Assembly: GCA_951406725.2 (NCBI GenBank)
Contig: OX597822.1
Coordinates: 112,592,001-112,656,000, forward strand
DNA from: Octopus vulgaris
Taxonomy: Eukaryota
Direction: 5' to 3'
DNA: 64,000 nucleotides
Positions 28,501 to 42,100 of the stretch are shown here, piece by piece. The stretch's first letter is position 1; each line of letters opens with the position of its first letter. The position numbers were made by a program, and so were the translations under genes. Under the pieces are notes generated by a model. That model saw only the letters and a list, made by a program, of their open reading frames with translations. It ran no database searches and was not told the DNA's origin.

Positions 28501-31500
28501 GAGAGAGCATGAACAAGTATGTGTTTGGTGTAGCTGATGTGAATGAAACATGATGGCATGTTTGTGTGCATGTCATAGATAGTTGCTTAGAGAATAGAAG
28601 ATGGGTTGTGTTTGTGTATATGTGGAGAGTAATGAAGGGGAAGTGTAGAGTGGAGTATGTTATAAGGAGTGACCTGTAAGAAATACTCTTTTTACTCTTA
28701 CTCTTTTATTTGTTTCAGTCATTTGACTGCGGCCATGCTGGAGCACCGCCTTTAATCGAGCAACTCGACCCCAGGACTTATTTTTTTGTAAGCCCAGTAC
28801 TTATTCTATTGGTCTCTTTTGCCGAACCACTAAGTAACGGGGATATAAACACACCAGCATCGGTTGTCAAGCAATGCTAGGGGGACAAACACATACACAC
28901 AAACACACACACGCATATATATATACATATATACGACGGGCTTCTTTCAGTTTCCGTCTACCAAATCCACTCACAAGGCTTTCGTCGGCCCGAAGCTATA
29001 GTAGAAGCCACTTGCCCAAGGTGCCACGCAGTGGGACTGAACCCGGAACCATGTGGTTGGTAAACAAGCTACTTACCACACAGCCACTCCTGCGCCTATA
29101 TGGTAATGTTTTTAAAGTAAAGACAACAAAGTATTCCGGTTGGATGAATTGTTTGCTAGTAGTTGTTGTTGTTCCCTATGCAAACAAGAGATTGCTGATC
29201 CATGGTGTAAAATAACATCACAAAGAAATGAAAATGGCTATGCCAAGTGAAATTCAAAGGATTATCTACAAGTCTAAGAATTTGGATACTGTTTGTCAGA
29301 CATCTAAAGGATGCTTTCTAAAATGGTCTGCCAATCTCTGACTAGAGTATACTCTATAAAACATGACATGTAGTTGGCATTCTATGTCAGTACAAGTGAA
29401 GTTACCAGTGATGTAGAATGAGGGGTTAGCCCTTAGATGGTAACAATATCTTGGATGAAACGACAGTTGTTCTTGAAGAAGAAGGAATAGGTGAAGGTTA
29501 CAGGTTGGGTATAGCAAGCCGTAATAAAAATATAGATTAGGAAAAAAATGGGGATTGTGCCACATCTGAAGGAAGTGGAAAAAGGTGTTTAGGGTGGAAA
29601 GTGGTGAGGTTAGATTGGTAGAGACAGAAGTGCAGTAGAATGGTTATCTAAAGTGGTAAGGTGGTGGGATGGTAAGCGAGGGGATAGTAAAAGGAGTTGG
29701 TGGTAGGATAGATAGAAAGGCAGTGAGCTGGCAGAAACGTTAGCATGCCGGGCAAAATGCTTAGCAGTATTTTATCTTTCATCTGCCATTACGTTCTGAG
29801 TTCAAATTCCGCCGAGGTCGACTTTGCCTTTCATCATTTCAGGGTCGATTAAATAAGTACCAGTTACACACTGGGGATCAATGTAATCAACTTAATCCGT
29901 GTGTCTGTCCTTGTTTGTCCTCTCTGTGTTTAGCCCCTTGTGGGTAGTAAAGAAATAGGTAGGATAGATACAATGTATGTGGAATATACAACAAGCTGAG
30001 TGAAAGCATCAACATCTGATTGGGGTTAACTAGGGCATATAAGATAGAGAAGATGAAGGAATTATGGAAAAAAAAGATAGCATATTTGGATGACTGAGGC
30101 AGAATGAGGTGATATCACATAGGACACATTCATTGGTGTAATATCTGTATAGCTCTAGCATAGGTACAGAGGACTGGATGAAGCAGATTAGCATAGTTAG
30201 GATCTATCTTGGTACCCATGTTCACCCAAGTAATTTGATGATAGAATTCAGCGAAAAAGAAAATGTTGTTGAAGGTGAGAGGGTAGTTGGCCCAAGTACG
30301 TGGCACAATACCTATCTTCTCCTCTAACTATTCATTTATCACATACACACATATGTGATAGATATATCGCAAACACAACAGCACACATACCTACATATAC
30401 TCTCAACATTCACTCCATACATAAGGAACATATTCTCACATCTTCCCTTTAATTCGATAAAATGCACACACATGCACTATAACACACGATACAACAACAT
30501 TCTCATCCATTATCATGCTTTTCTGAAAAATTCTTCCAACAAGAAACACCATTCCATTTAATTACATCTGTCTACTGTTCTTCCACATGCAATGTCTAGT
30601 GTAGAAGTCTTACCAAACATTCACTCTTTCCCTCCTGTTTTCTTTTATTCTTATCGACAAAGAGCCAAGACCCAAAATATCAAATTTTCTTCTGTTTCTT
30701 CTTTACGTTGCAAAATTAATTACATTCATCATCATCATCATCGTTTAGCGTCCGTTTTCCATGCTAGCATGGGTTGGACGGTTCAACTGGGGTCTGTGAA
30801 GCTGGAAGGCTTCATCAGGCCCAGTCAGATCTGGCAGTGTTTCTACGGCTGGATGCCCTTCCTAACGCCAACCACTCCGTGAGTGTAGTGGGTGCTTTTT
30901 ACGTGCCACCCGCACAGGTGCCAGACAGAGCTGGCAAACGGCCACGAACGGATGGTGCTTTTATGTGCCACCAGCACGGGGGCCAGGCGAGGCTGGCAAC
31001 GGACACGAATGGATGGTGCTTTTTACGTGCCACCGGCATTGCATTAACTAATCACAAGTCTGTTTTTGTTATATTTTTTTTTTGAAATCATTTAGTTTCC
31101 ATGAATTCACTTACCTTTCTAACAAAAGAAGCAAATAAAACAGCTGAATAACCATCTTTCTTTTTTAAACTGTTCATTCGAGAAACATAATCAGCAGTAT
31201 TTGTGTTTTCCTTACACTGAAATATAAGAGACCAAAACAATAGAAAGTAAAATTGAGAATAACATCAAATATAAGAAAATAACAACAACAAAGAATAACA
31301 GATATTATCAAAAACAATACAGTATAGGCGCAGGAGTGGTTGTGTGGTAAGTAGCTTGCTTATCAACCACATGGTTCCCGGTTCAGTCCCACTGTGCGGT
31401 ACCTTGGGCAAGTGTCTTCTACTATCGCCTCAGGCCGACCAAAGCCTTGTGAGTGGATTTGGTAGACAGAAACTGAAAGAAGCCCATTGTATATATGTAT

Positions 31501-31670
31501 ACGAAACAATTGTACCGATATATTGATCCATTCTTGTTGCTTTTTTCCTATTTGTAATCACCCCACTTTGTCGTATGGTTAACACCATATAGATTTCCGG
31601 TGCATCCTAGTTAAGGACCATATTCATGTGAATTCATTAGAACTCACTTGAATCTCAATTGCTTAAACCG

Positions 31671-31742
<72 letters not shown>

Positions 31743-32703
31743 TGTGTCCGTGTTTGTCTCCCCAACATCGCTTGACAACCGATGGCGGTGTGTTTACGTC
31801 CCCCATAACTTAGCAGTTCGGCAAAAGAGACCAATAGAATAAGTACTGGGCTTACAAAAAGAATAAGTCCTGGGGTCGATTTGCTTGACTGAAGGCGGTG
31901 CTCCAGCATGGCCACAGTCAAATGACTGAAACAAGTAAAAGAGTAAAAGAGTAACTCCAAACATTGTTAAAAACAGAATATGTTTAATTTATCAGATAAA
32001 AGACAGGCTGTCTTTTGTCTCTCGTTTTAATCATTTGACTGTGGCCATGCTGGGGCACCACATACAAAAAAAAAAATTTTTCGTTCAATAAGTTGATCCC
32101 AGTATTTATTTTTATCTTTTAAGCCTGGTATCAGTTTCTTTTACTGAACTGCTAAGTTACAGGGATGTAAACACACCAACACCAGTTGTCAAGTGGTGTT
32201 GATGTACACACACACACACGTATGTGTGTGTGTGTGGGGGGGCACAATGGCCCAGTGGTTAGGGCAGCGGACTCACGGTCGTAGGATTGCGGTTTCAATT
32301 CCCAGGCCGGGCATTGTGAGTGTTTATTGAGCGAAAACACCTAAAGCACCACGAGGCTCTGGCAGGGGGTGATGGCGATTCCTGCTGTACTCTTTCGCCA
32401 CAACTTTCTTTCACTCTTTCTTCTGTTGGCCTGCTCGCTTAGCCAGTGGGGTGGCGTCATTCGAAGGCTAAAACAATGCCGGTCACGGTGATATATATAT
32501 ATATATTGTGATTGCGTGTGTACCGTTGGCGATTTTTTTTTCCTCTGTCTTCCCTTCTCTGGATCTTTCCTTTTATGTTTCCGATGAAGAGCTCCACTCG
32601 AAACGTTAAACCCTCCTTTCCTTCTTTCCTGAGCGTCCAATAATACTATATTTGTTCCACGTCCTTGTGTTGTTGTGTTTTTTTTGTGCTTTCTTGTTTG
32701 GAT

Positions 32704-32756
<53 letters not shown>

Positions 32757-35700
32757 ACATATATATATGAAAAAGGCTTGGAAATGCCTTTATGAAGACT
32801 GCTGAATGTAGAAAATGTGTGGGAAGAGGAGAGTCTGCCACATGTTGACCAAACTGAGGGACTGGCTACCTGAATCGACAGTTCTATGGCAGATAAAGTA
32901 ATTAAGGGTATGAAGACAGGAAAAACTCCCAGCCCAGGAAGAAGCACCATTGATGCTATATTTCTAGTGAGGCAGTAACAGAAGAAATACATTGGACTTT
33001 GTTGGCTTGGAGAAGGCCTTTGACAGGGTTCCCTATACCTTATCTTGTGGTCAATGTGGAAACTAGGGATAGACATGTGGTTGGTGATGTACAGGGATGC
33101 TACCAGTAAGGTGAGGGTTGACAATGAGTACAACAAAAAATTCAGAGAAGTAGGGGTCCACCAAGTATTAGTACTCAGTCCCCTCTTGTTCATCATAGTC
33201 CTTCAGGCAATAACAGAAGAATTCAAGACAGGCTGCCCCTGGGAGGTCCTCTATGTTGAGGACCTTGCTTTTATAGCTGAATCACTACCTGAACTAAAGA
33301 AGGAGTTCCAGGTATGGAAGCAAGCCCTAGAATCAATGGGCCTTAGAGTTAACCTAGTAAAATCAAAGTCTTGGTAAGTAGAAAGGCAGACAAATCACAA
33401 ATCCCTTCATGTAGATATCCTTGCTTGATCTGTAGAAAAGGCCTAGGTAGACACTCCATAAAATGCACCCAGTGTAAGCTTTAGACACATAAAAGGTGCA
33501 GCAATATCAGAGGAAGGTTAACAGGGAAACTAGCTTTTGTATGTGGAAGATGCACAGGTACAATAAACGCTGAAAATGAGCCAAAAATAGACTCCATCAA
33601 CTGCCAGTGGGGAAAGCTAGAGGTAGTAGATAGCTTCTGTTATGTAAGTGACCAAGTTAGTAGTGGAGGTGGATGCTCTGAGAGCGTAGCTGTGAAAATA
33701 AGATTAGGCCAGGCAAAGTTCAGGGAGCTCCTAGCCCGGATGGCAACAAAGGGCCTCTCTCTCAGAGTGAAAGGCAGATTGTTTGATGCCTCTGTGCAAG
33801 CAGCTATGCTGCATGGCAATGAAACATGGGCTGTTACAGCCGACGATATGCATAAGCTTGAAAGAAACGAAGCCAGTATACTTTGCTGGATGTGTAATGT
33901 CAGTGTGCATGTTTGACAGAGTGTAAGCATCTTGAGGGAAAAGTTAGGAATAAGAGGCCTCAGATGTAGTGTGCAAGAGAGACGACTGTGTTGATATGGT
34001 CATGTGATGTGTATGGACGAGGGCAACTGTGTAAAGAAGTGCCGATCTCTAACTGTGGAAGGAACATGTGGTAGAGGTTGACCCAGGAAGACATAGGACA
34101 AGGTGGTGAAGCATGATCTTTGAACTTTGAGCCTCGTAGAGGCAATGACTGGTGACCGAGACCTTTGGTGATGTGCTGTGCTTGAGAGAATCCATCAAGC
34201 CAAGTGCATTGGTGCTGGTGGCACATAAAGAACACCTTTCAAGCATTGGGCTTCTATTCTTTATTAAGACAAAATGGTTCCTTTTGAGCGTTGGGCCTCA
34301 CAGAGGCAATGACCAAGACCTTTGGCATTATGTCATGCTTGAGAAGAAGACCCATGAAGCCGAGCAAAATTGTAATCATAGAAGATACTGGTGTCATGCA
34401 AATTGGCACCTGTGACAGTGGCGCATAAAAGCACCCCAATGTCATGCAAATGGAACCCGTGCCAGCAGAACGTAACAGACCCACTACACTCTCAGAGTGG
34501 TTGGCATTGGGAAGGGCATCCAGTCATAGAAAACCATGCCAAATCAGATTGGAGTCTGGTGCAGCCTTCCAGCATGCCGGCTTGATCAAACTGAATAAAG
34601 GTCAATACGGTTGAGTGAACATGTTTAGTTACAATCAAAGCACTCCAAATTTAATCTGTCTGGTGGCAGAGTGGACAGGAGTCGTTTGTATGCAGTCCAG
34701 TGGCTAAAGTTTAGGTCGTTTTAAGAACTAAAACAAATACTACTTAAAAGACAATATCCATTAAAGCTAACAGACAACGAAATAGAAAATGCCCAAACAA
34801 TAAATATCCAAGAACTACAAAAAACCACACTCCAGATACATCCAATGATCTACTCTTTATTACAACTCACAACTCAAAAAATACAGAGGTTTACAATATT
34901 ATCCACCAGAACATTTCACTACTAAGACAAGACCCAAGAATGAAACAAGCATATGAAATACGCAAAATTATCAAAAGTGAAAGACAATCAAAGTCCCTTA
35001 AAAAATTCCTCACAAGTGCCAAATTACCTTCCACAACTCCTACGGCAACAGTCAAAAGATTCCTATCTGTATTTCTTGAGTTGTGAGTTGTAATAAAGAG
35101 TAGATCATTGGATGTATCTGGAGCGTGGTTTTTTGTGGTTCTTGGATATTTATTGTTTTGGCATTTTCTATTCCGTTGTCTGATAGCTTTAATGGATATT
35201 GTCTTTTAAGTATTTGTTTTAGTTCTTAAAGCAACCTAAACTTTAGCCACTGGACTACATACAAACGACCCCTGTCCACTCTTCCACCAGACAGATTAAG
35301 TTTGGAGTGCCTTGATTGAAGCTAAACATGTTCACTCAACTGTATCGGCTTGCATTTTAGGTGCAAATTATACGGTTACGTGACGCTAATGCATGTACGT
35401 AGTGGAAAACATACGGAAGGTTCTAAAACTTAATCGTGTGTTCATCCTCTACAAACACTTGACAGAAAACATTCAGGTCGTAGATCATTTAGTACTACCA
35501 CTAGACTCGTTCAGTCAACCGTGTCAGCCTTGACTTACCAGGCTAAACATTGTTACTTGATACTAACACACGGATGTAGTGGGGAACCTACAAAAATTTC
35601 TAAGACCTGTCATGTGACTGTCCTCTACCAATCAAACCCTATTCAAAACATATACTAGTTTGAGCCATGAACTTCCTATGAAAATAGGGCAAGCTTCAAA

Positions 35701-36349
35701 TACTAGTCAGAAGCAAAGCAGCTGCGACATAAGCCAAGTGCTTGAAAATCAGTGTAAACTGTGAAACTGGTTAAACCTGTATAAATAATAAAAAATATTT
35801 TAACTATTCTCGGTGGATTTTCAACTTCTATTTTCTTTATATTTCTACCCGTGTGAAATAAAATAACTTTGTTATATATATATATATCACCGTGACCGAC
35901 CAGGCTATCAGATGTTTCTACACATCGCTGGTCACAATGCACTTCACATTGTTTTTTAGTCTTCAAATGACGCCACCCCGCTGGCTAAGCGAGCAGGCCA
36001 ACAGAAGAAAGAGTGAGAGAAAGTTGTGGCGAAAGAGTACAGCAGGGATCGCCACCATCCCCTGCCAGAGCCTCGTGGAGCTTTTAGGTGTTTTCGCTCA
36101 ATAAACACTCACAAGGCCTGGTCTGGGAATCGAAACCGTGATCCTCCGACCACGAGTCCGCTGCCTAACCACTGGGCCATTGCGCCTCCACATATATATA
36201 TATATATATTCATTACAATATCATAAAGCAGAAGAGCATACCCTATAAAATATAGAGCAGCTGTTTATTTTTGTATGTGTAACATAATAGTTTAGACAAA
36301 TCATTGGTTTCATATCTAGTGTGAACTAGACATCTCTTCAGTTACTCTA

Positions 36350-36397
<48 letters not shown>

Positions 36398-39076
36398 GAT
36401 TGGCTTCTTTTAGTTTCCAAGAAGAAACATTTTATTATACAACCACTCTTGCACCTATGTTTTGATTCCAAATTAAATTTATTTTTCTATTGCATAAATT
36501 TCACAACTTCCTAGTTTACATCAACCTAGGATAATCCTTTCTCCTCAATGTAATCCTTTTAATATTCAAGGCCAACTTCTAATTTAACTTTCAAGTCAAG
36601 CTTTCACAAAACCTCTCTGACTCTCGCCTCGTTCCTTTCTCACTTCTGATGCCTAATTCAGTTTGTTTTTGCTTTTTCATTACCTGATAGCTTTTCATAT
36701 GAAAAATTGCCACCAAAACTCACATATATGACTGAATTATCATCATCATCATTTAACATTCGCTTTCCATGGGTTGGACGATTTGACTGAGGGCTGGCGA
36801 ACCAGATGGCTGCACCAGGCTCCAATCTTGATCTGACAGAGTTTCTACAGCTGGATGCCCTTCCTAACGTCAACAACTCAGAGTATAGTGGGTGCTTTTT
36901 ACGTGCCACCGGCATGAGGGCCAGTCAGGTGGTACTGGCAACAACCTCACTCGAATCTTTTTACACATGCCACTGGCACAGGTGCCAGTAAGGTGATTCA
37001 CAGGTGCACAGGTGCCAGTAAGGTGATTCTGGTAACGATCATGCTCGAATGGTGCCTCTTACATGCCACTGGCATGGAAGCCAGTTAGCCACTCTGGCAA
37101 CGATCACGCTCGGATGGTGCTCTTAGCACCCAACTGGCACAGGGCACAAGTGCCAGTAAGGTGACGCTGGTAACAATCACACTCGAATGGTGCCTTTTAT
37201 GTGCCACTGGCACGGAAGCTGGTTAGCTGCTCTGTCAACGATCACACTTGTATGGTGCTCTTTGCACCCCGCTAGCACGGATGCCAGTCATCGAATTTGA
37301 TTTTGATTTCACTTGCCTCAACAGGTCTTCGCAAGCAGAGTTTAGTGTCCAAAGAAGGAAAGGTACGCATAAGTGGATCTCACTGAACAATGTGAAAATC
37401 ATCATCATCGTTTAACGTGCGTTTTCCACGCTAGCACGGGTTGGACGGTTCGACTGGGGTCTGGGAAGCCAGGAGGCTACACCAGGCTCCTGTCTGATCT
37501 AGCAGTGTTTCTACAGCTGGATGCCCTTCCTAGCGCCAACCACTCCGCGAGTGTAGTGGGTGCTTTTTACGTGCCACCTGCACGGCCACATTTGGATGGT
37601 GCTTTTTATGTGCCACTGGCACGGAAGCCAGCCAAGGCGGAGCTGGCATCGGCCACGTTCAGATGGTGCTTTTTATGTGCCACCAGCACAGAAGCCAGTT
37701 GAGGCGGTGCTGGCAACGGCCACGTTCAGATGGTGCTTTTTATGTGCCACCGGCACAGAAGCCATTTGAGGCGGCGCTGGCAACGGCCACGTTCAGATGG
37801 TGCTTTTTATGTGCCACCGGCACAGGTATCACAACTACAATTTCCATTGATAATATATAAGTAAATAAAACAAGCAGTATATAAGCAGTATAAGAGACTG
37901 ACATTGAGTTGTAAATCTCAAGGAAATACTGGAATGTAAAATCAAGGCGTTAAGGCAACACATCAGTCTCATACTTTCTTATTGAACAATCAACAAAATT
38001 GAAATTGTAAATTTATCTCACCTGAAGGAGATAGTTGCCTTCCCATTTTCGTTTTAAACCCCATTCTGGCCGTTGCCCTTTCAACATTTCTGCTGTCAGT
38101 ATTTTCATGTGAAACATTGTCCGTTCATCCTTGGGTATGGTTTCTATCTTCATCCATGCCCACCATCTATGAAAAAAGAATAACTTAGTTATGTGAATTG
38201 AACAGGTAACTTTGAAATAAATACTGAAATTGTGATATTTTATTTGCGCTTAAAACGGCAGATTTTGATGTTATGTTAACAAAGTTTTGACATAGTTTCA
38301 ATCTTTTTTGAAAAGTAAAAATTTGGCATTATGTAGCTTGTTATTCTCTTTAAGTGAACATTTTTCTGGTTGAAATACACCAAAAAATGGTGAGACAGCA
38401 GTCAAAAAATCGTATAAAGAAGGGATTTTCATAGAAAAAAAAGCACCTTTTTGATGTAAATAATTTTTGGTGTTAACAATGGTCCAATTTGAATATTTTC
38501 TTCTACGGAATGAAGAGCAAGCCTTCTATCATACTCTCAATTTTGCTTAACTTGCGCTGCAAGGTCTTGGAGGAGATTGTGTTAGTTGAAGGCTACCAAA
38601 CCTGCCACATACACACAGACAACTTCAGCTTTATATGTATATGTATACTTCACTGTTTCATCTACATTCATCATGTTGAATTGGATGGCTTTTCTAAAGT
38701 TAGCAAATTATGCATTATCAGGTTCTAACATTAGAAAATATGTTTTTTAGATAATCCATATTTGTAACAGAATTAATCTCAGTTTATCACTTATATTCAT
38801 TTCGTGCATGTCTATACGTTCTATGTTTATTCTACGACTAAGTTGTTTAAATCTAATCTTATTTGTCAATTTTCTTAAAAATAGCAGCTTCATTGATGAT
38901 ATCATTTTAACTCCCTAAAAAGTTTTTTTTTTTACATGTGTTTCCATAGTTTCTGTGTTTTATACATTGTTGATATTCATTTTCTTTGCAAGATTTGAAG
39001 TGGGTGGGTTGGGAGTAGATTTTTATACCAAAGCCTTGTGAGAGGATTTGGTAGACGGAAACTGAAAGAAGCCCAT

Positions 39077-39111
<35 letters not shown>

Positions 39112-42100
39112 ATATGTTTATGTGTCTGTGTTTGTCCCCACAACATTGCTTGACAATCGATGCTGCTGTGTTTACGACCCCGTAACTTAGCGGTTTGGCA
39201 AAAGAGACTGATAGAATAAGTACTAGGCTTACATAGAATAAGTCCTGGGGTCGATTTGCTCGACTAAACGTGGTGCTCCAGCATGGCCACAGTCAAATGA
39301 CTGAAACAAGTAAAAGAGTAAAGAGTAAATAGTTTGGGGCTTGTTTTTATCAAAACAGCTTTAAAACTGGGTGTTATTCCTACTGTTAACCAGTAAGCCA
39401 GGAAGAGTGGAACCCGTTGTCAGTCACATTAACATTGGAATGCGGAGTTATTTCCCCTGCCCATGAGAACAACAATGGCAAACGTAAAGGTTTGTATTTT
39501 TTCATTTTAACTACATAAGTATTGAATCTTATTGCCTGCAATAACAATTTGACCAATAATTGGAAGTGAAAATATAATTCTAGAAATATTCCTTACCGAT
39601 GATAAGCCAATGTTAAAATAGGCATAAAGTCTTTTATGACAACAGGATAGTTCGGCCAAGTTAGATTCTTTCCATAATTCTTTCTCTTTTTTACATTCCT
39701 TGAAAATAGAAATTAATTTTGATACATTTAATACTAACATAAAATTCCAAAAGATGGACATATTAAAAAAATTAAAACTTGATAAAATTTAACAAGATAG
39801 TTATAAAAAAAAGTAAATGTAACAGGAAATTCAGAATAAGGACTCAAAATTAGAACATAGAACCCAAAGTTCTTTATCTCACTGACTTCCTTAGGTCATG
39901 TGCCACTGGGAATAAATTGACAAGTGACCTTCGTTTTTACTCTTGGCTATATACTCAGTGCCACTTTGCATTGAATGACGGACTAACTTTGGCTGCAGTA
40001 TTCTCAAGGGATGCCAACAAGTTCTGTGCATCACCTAGGATAGGCTTTGCTGAACCTTAGGCCATATCAGGTGTTATATTGGGAGACTCCCACATCTTAA
40101 TAAAGGATGAAGACCATTCAACTACATTGATATTATTGGTGGGGACAGCATGAAACTTAAGATCAACCAAAGCTAACAGGGACTGAGATCCTGGGTCCTG
40201 CATTGAGACGCATCTTAATTGTAGGTACTTGAAGGAGGAGTATTGTTACTGAAAATGTTTTTCTTAAGCAGCAACAAAGAATGAAGAAGCCTACATATGG
40301 TTGCTTTGCTTGCTAGAAGTAGCACAAGTCAAATTTCCTCCAAAAAACATAAATATGCATTGGTAACCCTCAGATCTCTGTAAAAATATAAATAAGATGG
40401 TGACTTCAATCATTTAAAAAAGAAAACTTATATTTACAAATATATTCATATGATATTGAAATGGCTTACCTGAACAAATGCTGCATTTCATTGAAGAAAC
40501 GGTGAATTCGGTATTTCCTATAAGCATTTCTGATTGCATACACAGCTCGTAGCCGATTCACATATCTACGGGCTAAAGTACCCCGCCACATCTAAATAGA
40601 AAAGATTGCATTATAAACACACTGATCGTATTTACCACAACAAAAATGAGATTGGAATTCAATCATCAGCGAATTTCTTCAAATTGGTCAAAGCATAATA
40701 GAAAACAGGACCCAAAACATGATTTGAAGAATCATGCTTAGTGTCTTACTAATTTGTTGAACCTATCTAGGACAGAGAATATAATTCAGTCTTTGGCTAT
40801 CGTCCACAATATTGGATGCAAGTGAGGAGATCAATTCCTGTAGATGGACATAGACTGGACCCTAAGAATTACAAATGGCTTCATTTGTTTGTATTTAAGG
40901 AACAAAGGAGAGAAGAAAGTTTAAATCAATGAGATCAAACTCCATGTCTGATTGGTCATTCAGTTTTAAATTAGTTTATACCAGAGCTACGGTAGTGACA
41001 CCACACTAACACTAACATGAGCAAACCAAAACATTTAAAATATTTTTTCGCGCTAAGAGTTGCTGAAGCATGGAACAAACTGCCGGCATCAGTTGTTAGT
41101 TGTCGGAGCACTGGATTCCTTCAAAACTTCCATGCTTTCTGAGATTCGACAACACTACACCTCATTTTCTCCCCTCCATACACACGCAAGCATGTATCTG
41201 ACTCATACACTGTTCGCTTCCCAGACATTTGTACTTTACTGCATATGCTTTATACGCACTTTTGACAAGTTGTGGTGCACCTGAGCACTGTATCAATAAT
41301 TTCATTATTATTATTATTATATGTTTACAAAGTCAGAAAACAGCACAGCTCCCATAAGTTTCGGAAACATTTTTTCATGCTAAGAGTTTCTGAAGTATGG
41401 AACAAACTGCCGGCATCAGTTGTTACTTATCGGAGCACGGCATCCTTCAAAACTTCCATGCTTCCTGAGATTCGCCAACACTACACCTGATTTTCTCCCC
41501 TCCATACACACAAGCAAGCATGTATGTGACTCATACACTGTTCGCTTTCCAGACATTTGTACATTACTGCATATGCTTTATACGCACTTTTGACAAGTTG
41601 TGGTGCACCTGAGCACTGTATACAATAATTTCATTATATATTATATTATTCCCACAATTTACCTGTCAATAGAACAAATCAGTCTGGAAAGTGCATAGCT
41701 GAGTGGCAAATGGACAGAACTAACTTGAAATAAGCAGAACATTTTGCTGGTCTACGGAACCAAAATAAAATACATACCTCATATAAACTGACCAATTGCT
41801 TCTCTAAATCTAATTCTTACAAACATTTCTCCTAGTTTGACTAGGATACTGTTACAAAAACTCACATTGCCATGTTGCTTGACTGAGTTATTGTACAATC
41901 TGATATCATTGCTGTTTTACAGTTGGCACCTTACTGGCACTTGCGCTGGTGGCACGTGTAAAAAAAACATTCGAGCGAGGTCGTTGCCAGTGCCGCTGGA
42001 CTGGCTCCTGTGCAGGTGGCACGTAAAAAGGACCATTTGAGCGAGGTCGTTGCCAGTACCACCTAACTGGCCCTCATGCCGGTGGCACATAAAAGCACCC

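Noticed and set aside
39860-40330. GC-richer intronic block as ncRNA or extra exon
   Set aside because: No recognisable RNA motif or ORF, and the flanking exons already join in phase.
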